NCBI GenBank assembly: GCA_964016885.1
Contig: OZ024742.1
Span: 87,730,001 to 87,794,000 of the forward strand
DNA: 64,000 nt
Direction of reading: 5' to 3'
Source of the DNA: Eledone cirrhosa
Taxonomy: Eukaryota
In this document: one piece after another, positions 54,780 to 64,000 of the stretch
Position numbering within the stretch: the stretch's first letter is position 1
How the letters are laid out: each line of letters opens with the position of its first letter
Position numbers and translations under genes: made by a program
The notes under the pieces: model-generated
Seen by the model: only the letters and a program-made list of their open reading frames with translations
Database searches by the model: none
Told to the model about the DNA's origin: nothing

Positions 54780-56260
54780 TTCTTCCTCTTCCTTTTCCCC
54801 ATGCTGTCCTTGCCCTCCTTTTTTCTCCGTGTTCTACATCCTTTTCTTTCATCCTAGTGATCCTTGATATCCGTGTCCTCATTGTTCTGTTTAAATACAT
54901 CCCCTACGCTTGTTGCTCACCTTTTCCTCATTGTCTTCATTACTGTGATACCCTGCTGTTACTGCTCTCCTTTATCTCATTGCTCTCCTTCTTCCCCAGT
55001 TGCTTTCATTGCTTTACCTACCTTCATTTTCTTCTCTCTTTGTTCGCCTTGCTCACATTTTTCTCATTGTTCTCCTATATTCACCCTTGATCTCGTTATT
55101 CACCTTGCTCCTGTACCCGTTGCTGTCCTTCCTCTCCTTTTCCTCATTGTCCTCCTTAACTCCATCCCATACTCTCGATACACTCGTTACTTTCCTTTTT
55201 CGCATTGCCTCCTTAACTTCATCCGCTGCTCTCGTTAATCTCCTTTATTTCATTGCTTTCCTTACCTTAATTTTCTGGTCCCCTTGCTCTGCATGCTTTT
55301 TTTACCTTCATTCTCCCCTCTGATTGCTTTCCTGGCTCACCTTTTTCTCATTGCTCACCTTATACCCATTCCCTGCACTCATTTCTCATTGTTCTCCTTC
55401 TTTTTCATTGTGCTCCTTACCTTCATCACATACTCTCGTTTTCTTCTTGCTCTCATTTTCTTCCTTGCTCTCGTAACATTCATCCGCTGCAGCTCTTTCT
55501 CTCCTTGCTCTTCTTTTTCTCGTTGAACTCCTTTTCTCGTGGCAAAGTGAGAAGTGGATGGAAATAAAAAAATCACTAAGTAAAAGGGGAGCAATAAGAA
55601 CAGGGGAGGACGGTAAGGAGTGCAATGAGACCAACGAGAGTAGGGGAATAAGGCAAAGAGAGCAATGAGGAAAATGATATAAACGAGAGAAATGAAAGCT
55701 GGAGATGTGGGTAAGAAGATCAACAAGAGCAAAGCAGCGAGAACAGCGGATGTAGGTAAATAGAACAATAAGAAAAAAGAGCTAAGGCGAGCAACTAGTG
55801 AAGAGAATGGAGTTAAGAGCATCAATTAAGGCAACGGCAGTAGGGGACGGACGTAAGGACAGCCAAGCGAGCAACGCGAGTTGGAGATGAAGATAAGTCG
55901 GTCAATTAAAACAAGGAGAGCACAGAGAGCAACCTGAGCTGGGGATGAATGTACGGAGAGCAATGATTAAATGGATAACAAGGAGAGCAGCGAGAGCAAG
56001 GGATGAAGATAAGGATAGTAATAAGAAAGAAGAAGAGCAAGGAGAATAAGGAGAGCAATGAATAAATGTAAGGAAAGCAATCAGGCGGAGAGTGAGTAAG
56101 CTGAGGAATACATGAATTTCGGGAAAAAATAGAGCAAGGAGAGCAAAGAGATTACGGCACGCAAGGAGAGCAATGGAGCTTTGAGAAAATGAAAAGCCAG
56201 AAGAGAAGACAGGGAAAGGAGAACGCGGAGAGTAGAAAGAGTAATTTGACAAATGAGAGG
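54780..56260. repeat. Degenerate CT-rich minisatellite mirrored by its AG-rich reverse complement (pivot ~55543)
   Basis: CTCATTGCTC-like motifs on the left, GAGCAATGAG-like motifs on the right, and an abrupt purine skew switch. Confidence 0.7.
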
Positions 56261-56477
56261 AATCAGAGCACTATATATATATTTTTTCTCAATGAATATA
56301 TCATGAATTGTCACAGTATGGTCGATAATATCAAGTCTCCACTGGTTGAGAGAGTGGCGCTAATGAAACAGCTATCTCTCTCTCGAAGCATCCCAAATGT
56401 TTAAGGTATTTGAACAAACAATATAAATTGATATATAACATTTTGATGTAACCCCTATACTTTGTTCTTATTATATT

Positions 56478-56682
<205 letters not shown>

Positions 56683-58346
56683 GTAGCTACACTTCACGAA
56701 CTTAATCACACACTACATGTCTAATTGTTCCAGGCAAAATATATGTTTCATAATAATTTGACTTAGAATTATAAGTATCAGTTACATCAAAATATACAGG
56801 TCCGGTATTATACGCATAATAAATTACATTTTGCACGAAATGTATAGGGTATATCATTTTTTTTTGCCGATGCCAACAAGATTTAAATTATTATTAGATA
56901 CTGGAAATCATTCAAAATGGCTCCTTTCCAGGAATACATTGCCAAAAACCCTCATTGTATAATTTTTTGTATTCAAGAAACGAAGAATGTGAATTCTTTT
57001 ATATATATTGTGTATTTAAGAAAATATATAAATTTAGATTAAATCATCAAATTCAATTGAAAAACAAAATAACCTTAGGTTCGTAGGATCAAATTAACTA
57101 TGTGTGAATAGATATTGCTTTTCTTTTTGTTTCTACTATTATTAACAGCAAAGTTAATTAGAATGTAAAAACTCCGGAGCTTGTCGATAACTAGGATTGT
57201 TACTAAAATTAAATGAGTTTCGAACGTAATCATTTCGTATTTGCACACCGACCTAACGCAAACTAAATACGAGACACTTATTTACAATTAGTACACATGA
57301 TTAGATACTCGGGACTAAACTAATTCAATGTATAAATGAGATGATGTAAATAGGTCAAACTCAACAATTTTAAACGTACTTATGATAAAGAACGACATGG
57401 CTAAGAATCGACGAAAATCACTATTCGGATTCAAAATCAACAAGAAATCACATTTAGGATTAAATATCGTCAATCACGAATGAAAATATTACAAAGCAAT
57501 TACTAATGGAGCGGTATTCTTCTTACACAAGCTTTGGCTTAATTAAGCTTGTATTATTTTGTTGTGAAATCGACAGTTTCTCTTCCACGGAAATACATTG
57601 GTCTGTTACATTTATACAGTCACATCATTTTTGTATAATATACTCATAGTAGTGTGGGTTTTCATCATGTCAGGAAAAGATAATTAATTTGAAAATTAAT
57701 GGACGTAGTGAATATATTATAATGATCAATGAATACAGAAATTGAAGTGTAGATTGGATAACTAAGCTATGTGGTGACCGAGAGATAATGTTGTAGTGAG
57801 TTTAACTTTCGGAAAAAGGCAGTGCTTCACCGAGAAGAACTGTTAGAAGAAAACGAAAACGTCTACCTAAACCGGGTTAGATTTCGAAATTTAAAATGAG
57901 ACACCAATTGAATATAAGGCAATACTTTTATAAATAATAATTAAGATATTGCCGTCTGCAAATTTAATTTGTTTCGGTTGAGAAACATTTGAATTTCTCA
58001 AGAAAGTTGACAAAATCGCTATTGAACACAAATCAAAATTCAAAAAGGAATGTGTGTGCATATTAGTATTTCGAGACGAATATGAATAATAGACGAGAAG
58101 TGTATGGTTCACTTTATTAGACTTATATTCTACAGGTTACACGGATTTATTAGGAGGAAACTGTAGTAAGTAAACGCTAACACATAGGACTATGTGATCA
58201 AATACCAAGTGTTAATAAAACAATACATCCGTTATTTTGAATATATCTTAACAATATCTTCTAAAACATTTCACAATTTTAGTACTCCGATTTCTAGGTA
58301 AGTACATTAGAACAATTCACACGCACACATGTTCTAATGTATTTCC

Positions 58347-58410
<64 letters not shown>

Positions 58411-59231
58411 TATTTTCCGTTGTGTTGTAATATAAATATTACACACAGTAGATTATCAGCTGACGTAGAGTTTGCTCGACGGTTCCAGTTGTAGTTCCAA
58501 AAGTAATCCGGAGAAAAATAGAAAGATTTGAATGGATACAGTTTAGTTGAAAGGAATTTATTGACACGTGTTTCTATAACAGTTACATAACCTAAAACAG
58601 CTGCTATCTACAAACTTTTAGTTATGCAGACATTCAATATTTCAATGTTATTATTTACTGTCATTTCATCAGAATAATATTACTGAGGACCTATTTAGTT
58701 TTTATAGAGAATATTAGGAGGGAGGGGTGAAGTTGTTAGACGAATAGTTGAAGGAGTGGTTTTTCGATAGCAGTGAGAATTCTTGGTGGCAGTGAGTAAT
58801 TAGATTCCCATCTGTTGTTTTGACATTTTTTATAGAATATATTATTGGTTATTTTTCTAAATCTATAGAAGGATTAGAGATAGTAAAGATATGCGTGGTT
58901 GGTTTTGTTTGCACTTAATTAACATTCAGACTTAAATTTTTCTTTCAAGTGTACGTATCCTTTCACCCACGCATTCACACACAAATATATTTGCACACCT
59001 CTACAAAATACATATACTCACAATTCACATATTCATACTTACATATATATACACATGTATACACATATATATACACACATGTATTCATGTACATACATAC
59101 GCGCTCATGTGTATACATTTTCATACTCAACTTATCTTTATATACACACGTATAGACACACACATATATACATACATACTCTAGTCCATGTGTACACACA
59201 TACACATACATACACATCTATATACACATAT

Positions 59232-59319
<88 letters not shown>

Positions 59320-59850
59320 CACTTTAATACATGAATACACTTACATCTAACTATACACATCAAACATATATATATATTTACTTATTTATATACATTTTCA
59401 CATATATATACATACTTATGGACGTTTTTAGACACATTCATTATCGCATATTTGCACCTATTCTCATCAGCATATCTTTCCATTATTAGTGTGGTAATTT
59501 AAGGTTATTAATATATGTTGAGAAGAGATTGTTTTTATATTTTTCTAACTAGATTAAGGTTTATATAGTTGGGGGATGTCCCTCTTTTATGTAATATTCG
59601 GCTTGTAGTGGGAAAAAAGGGTTTTAGTTCTGTGACGGCAGAATAATGTTCGTTCAATTCTGTTATTCAGCAGTTTCTTCTTGTGTGTGATTATGTAATA
59701 AATCTCAAGATTACACAATTTGCAGAAATTTTGGCTCCTGGAAAAGCTTTGGGTTTTAGCTAATTTCTCCCATTTTAGGGTAAACGAGTGCTTTTATATC
59801 AGTTATAAAATATTTACTCGTTGTAACCCAACAATCTTAAATAAAACTTT

Positions 59851-59882
<32 letters not shown>

Positions 59883-59886
<4 letters not shown>

Positions 59887-61620
59887 AAAGTTTGATTTAA
59901 GATTGTTGGGTTACAACGAGTAAATATTTTATAACTGATATAAAAGCACTCAACAATTTCTGGAGTAGGTTTACGATATTAAACAAATGGAAACTATATT
60001 TATAAAACCATATTTATTTCGTTATATATATTTCAGGGATATCATATTAGAAATATGGTATGCCTTCCTCAGACAAAATACAATACATAAGCTGTTTTAT
60101 AAATAATTTTTGACATACCTTATAAATAATGCAACTTCCATTTAAAAAGTTGATTTGGTAGTGAAACTGTTATGACAGTTATATAGAAAGAAAACGAAGA
60201 TGAGAAGAAGAAGATGAAGAGATGTATGTAAATAAAAAAGAAGAAGGTGAAGAGATGTATGTAAAGAAAAACAATAGAGCGAGATAGAGAGACAATGAGA
60301 TATGGGAGAGAGAAATACATTGAGGAAGTGAAAAAATATAGTAGGCAGCTTTTGGACATATGATCAACGTATATGTGAGGGAAGGGATACAGTTAAACTA
60401 GCCGACACATAAATCACGCCCAGTGTATAGGAGAAAAAAGAAAGAAAGGTGATATATTTAAAATATATTAAAAATATATTATGTCTCATCCATTTGAATT
60501 ATTAATTTTTATTAATTATGTATTATAATGTAAATATCAGTATTCATGAATGAGACACATATCCATAATGTGTGAAAAAATGACCACATGCTTAGTTTAA
60601 AAATTCTTAGGTCTATAAGCAAGATCTGAGATAAAACTTCAAACATAAGTATATATGCATTCTCATGAAAAAAGAAAAAGAGAAAAGCGGAGGTTATCTC
60701 AAATTCAAGTTGATAAATATAGACATACATGTGAACCTACGTGATATGCTCCACAAATTCTTATATTTCATGAAAAACTTCATTGCGTTACAAAAGATTC
60801 CACCCTACATATATTTACATACATATATACATATATATAGACATAAAATATATAAGATATACATTAACATTTAAAATAACATTCCAGCCTCACTTGCATG
60901 ATTGTCGATCAAGCATAGAGTAGACAACAGATATCAATATTAAAAATTAAAAACGCCAAGAATATCTTCGTCACTCCACAGAGTATCTAGGGACGCAAGA
61001 GAACATAGTATGCCACGCATATCGGTCACATAAAATCAGAATCAAAAGCAAACAAAACCAAAATTGTTCACCAAGCCTTATTTAGCAGAAATCATTCAAA
61101 ACTTATTCTACAAATGCTCTTATATTTATTATAGAAGTTTATCCAGCTTAAAAGTATTCAAAAGATTGGGAACAACGCCAATATTAGGGTAGTTTATTTA
61201 ATCTCATTAATTATATATTCATGCAGAAAGGTTTAAAAAAAAAAAAAAAAAAGAATTGAAGGAATCGAAAGATTTATCGCCAAGTTTCATAAATAGTTAA
61301 ACATCTTAAGTAAATATACTACATTTTATACTACATTTTAAATTTATATTTATATTTAAAAGTTGAGTTCAATCTATGTCTGCAGCAGCTGAATAAATTG
61401 GTTCGTAAATTAAGGGAATTTTTAGATTTTAGTAGAAAGAATATCTCCTCCGCGCAGAGGTCACATATCTGAGAAGAGGAATTAAAAGGAATCCCTTTTG
61501 AGACTATAATCCAAACCGTCGAATATCCAACTTTATCATGTTTAAGTTGCCAGAGTAACCCTGACAGCGATGTTGAAGATTTTTTATTTGGATCCGTGAA
61601 AGAATTTTTGTGATTACTAT
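59883..61620 (-). mobile_element. 5'-truncated Hydra-type PLE, family D (GIY-YIG C-terminus, long 3' UTR, pLTR)
   Basis: NHKNSFTD...CDLCAEEIFFLLKSKNSLNLRTNLFSCCRH is closely related to 44624-44900. The 3' end is at (TA)n 59854-59882, with an inverted copy of the terminus at 59786-59854. Confidence 0.85.
60015..60080 (-). ncRNA. Type I hammerhead ribozyme (family D, covarying copy)
   Basis: Minus strand reads TATTTTGT-CTGAGGA-AGG...CCT-GAAA-TATATA-TA-ACGAAATA. Confidence 0.9.
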
Positions 61621-62602
61621 AGGATCTCCCGGGGCGGACAACAACCACCCCACAAATCCGGGCCGCTAAGATAACAAAAAGTATAGAGCCCAAAAGGGAA
61701 GCACCAGTGCGGAAACCACCAGCAACCCAACAAATCTCCAACAAATCACGAATCCCCCAAACCACACATATAGGAGAAGACACCGACAAATCACGTGGTA
61801 CATCCCACCCTACTCAGCGGCCCTAAAGAAAAGCTTGGCCCGATTATTCTTTGGAGCACTTGACAAATGCTTCCCGAGGGACCACAGATACCACAGGATC
61901 TTCAACAGACACACTGTGAAGCTTTCGTATTCCACCACGAGAAATTTGGTCCAACACATAGCTAGCATCAACAGAAGTAGGCTTAAAAACCGCACACAAC
62001 CAGAAGATGGCAATACAAACACTCAGCAGAACCATGTGAAAGGAGGGAAGTGGGGAACCAGAGCCCACCCAAGAAACACAAACAGACCCAAGGACCCCCC
62101 ACCGAGCATGGGGGAAGACCAACATGTAACACATAATGAGAACCCTAATATAGGCACGCAGAGGCCGACCACCCTCTGCAACGGCAGAAACCCCGAATCA
62201 TGCCCCCTTGGTAATGAATGTCTCAAGAAAAACCTAGTGTACGGTTGTAGGGTTAAAACCCTCAACTCCGAACACCTCTACATAGGAGCCACATCAACGA
62301 GCTTTAAGGACCGCTGGTACAACCATCGCCATTCATTCAAGAAGGAGGCCAAAAGGAAAAGCACAGCTCTCTCCGACCTGATCTGGAAGCTTAAGCTGGA
62401 CAGGACCCCATACTCTCTGGCCTGGTACATAATCAGGAAAGTACGACCCGATAAAGGGGGATCTTGCATATGCAAACTATGCCTGAACGAGACCCTCGAG
62501 ATACTAAGAGGTGGAAGCGGCCTGATAAACCTCAGAACCGACTTCTTCGGGACATGCAGACACCTTAGAGCCGGGACCTTTCTCAAGATATATGGACAGT
62601 AG
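61621..62602 (+). pseudogene. 5'-truncated GC-richer Hydra-type PLE: linker + intact GIY-YIG endonuclease domain
   Basis: RRRHRQITWYIPPYS is in frame with ORF 61835-62602, which contains CPLGNECLKKNLVYGC...YIGATSTSFKDRWYNH...CKLCLNE...CRH. Confidence 0.9.
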
Positions 62603-63816
62603 CAACACAAGAAGATGTGAACTCCCCTCAAGCTATAGGGTCTTCTACAGAACATGAAAACACCTCTCGGCCAGACCTCCCTCAAGCTATATGGGCAATA
62701 ACAACACCCTAGGTTGTGAACTCCCCTCAAGCCACAGGGAACAACCCAGGCAGAGCAGAACCATGATAGCCTAGAGATAGAATCGGACACAGCCATAATA
62801 ATTTGGCCAACATCTATAACACAAACACTTTTAATTTACCAGATTTCTGACTTTCAAGTTCCAATCTTAAATCTTGATTTCTCTTTATTAATTTGTTTTT
62901 TTGTTTTCTGCCCTCTTCACTGTATCACCTTATATTTATTTTAAGTTGAGATAGATTATAACACAAACACATTGAATATCTCATCTTAACATCTTGTCTC
63001 ATACCAATCTATCCAACATATTCTGACCTTGAGATTGGTTATAGCACACACACACACACTTTATCCTACATTATTTCTCACCTCTCCATATACATTATCA
63101 TTACTTTTTCACCAATCTCTCATTTACTCTTTATTCTTTATTCTCTATTTATTTATTTATTTTCAAATTACACAAATTATATTAATTACTTTATTATATT
63201 ATTTATTTATTTTCTGTTTTCTTCATTTATTGCCATATATTTCTTCATATACATGAAATACCCCCCCCCCCCTCACACACACACCACCACTACTACGATG
63301 GTGGCGGGAGGGATGAAGAAAAAACACAAACTGGATACTTCTAAATTGTTAGCAGCAGCAAGATATAAGCTGACCACTACAACAACAACAGTACCAAAAT
63401 AATGGTGGAGGTCAAATGTACTGAACAATAGCAGGCAAAATCACTACAGGGAGCCTCACCCCAGAAAGAATTCTATAGACTTCTGACTGAGGAATGCTCT
63501 CAGAACTGAACAATGGGAAGTTTGACACTTTTTTAGTTATTTTGTTATTTTGTTCCTTTAACACCTTGTCCCTTCTACCATTTTATCAATTTTTAAGCTA
63601 ACTCCAACAATAACAACACTTACAATGAGGAATGTTCTAATAACTTACCAATGAGAGGAGAAGGGGACCTGTGACACTGAAATTCGTTTGTTTGAATTCA
63701 TATGACTCCAGTTCCCCAGTGAATTAACAACCCAACAAGGAACTGGGCATATCAGAGTATTGACAATATCATACACCTAAACAACATATGTACTTGTCTA
63801 TACCATACTAATTGAA

Positions 63817-63871
63817 ACTGCCTGAAGAGGTCACAGCCAAAGATGGCTGTCACTGAAATATATATAGCAGT
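63817..63871 (+). ncRNA. Type I hammerhead ribozyme (family E)
   Basis: Identical to 19547-19601. Confidence 0.9.
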
Positions 63872-64000
63872 AATAAACGAAGCTAAATTTTAATCATTTG
63901 ACTTTTATTTAACTTTATTTTACACTACTCCGGAGTAACCAAACCAACCTGCGCACTTCGTCGAGTGCTCCAGCCTGCATACTGAGGTGTTGGTATACAA

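Noticed and set aside
54857-56314. Hydrophobic 'membrane protein' ORFs
   Set aside because: They result from CT-rich low-complexity repeats on either strand.
58556-58615. Minus-strand GAAA-CACGTG-TC with an upstream stem
   Set aside because: The core reads TTGTAGA and there is no stem I; too degenerate to call.

Overview
AT-rich, microsatellite-laden animal genomic DNA. The tRNA-derived SINE at ~53.7 kb and the repeat landscape suggest a cephalopod such as Octopus (inference). I see no intact host gene. The window is a graveyard of Penelope-like retroelements (PLEs; RT plus C-terminal GIY-YIG endonuclease). These include two Neptune-type subfamilies, several Hydra-type elements with a CxC-x5-C-x5-C linker, and one more decayed PLE. 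There are also RTE, R4/Dong-like and L1/Tx1-like LINE scraps, SINEs and decayed LRR-gene relics. Reading both strands by eye reveals more than 20 minimal type I hammerhead ribozyme (HHR) motifs from about a dozen unrelated sequence families. Most have a palindromic stem III, and several carry the compensatory U3-A8 core variant (TTGAnAA). Several HHRs sit in small non-coding units (320-660 bp) with direct and inverted repeats inserted in (TA)n, resembling retrozymes or non-autonomous PLEs. In two cases a unit starts at the predicted cleavage site. A recurring pattern is two different PLE families fused 5'-to-5', each pointing its 3' end outward into (TA)n. All alignments, folds and translations beyond the supplied ORF track were done by eye, so boundaries are approximate.
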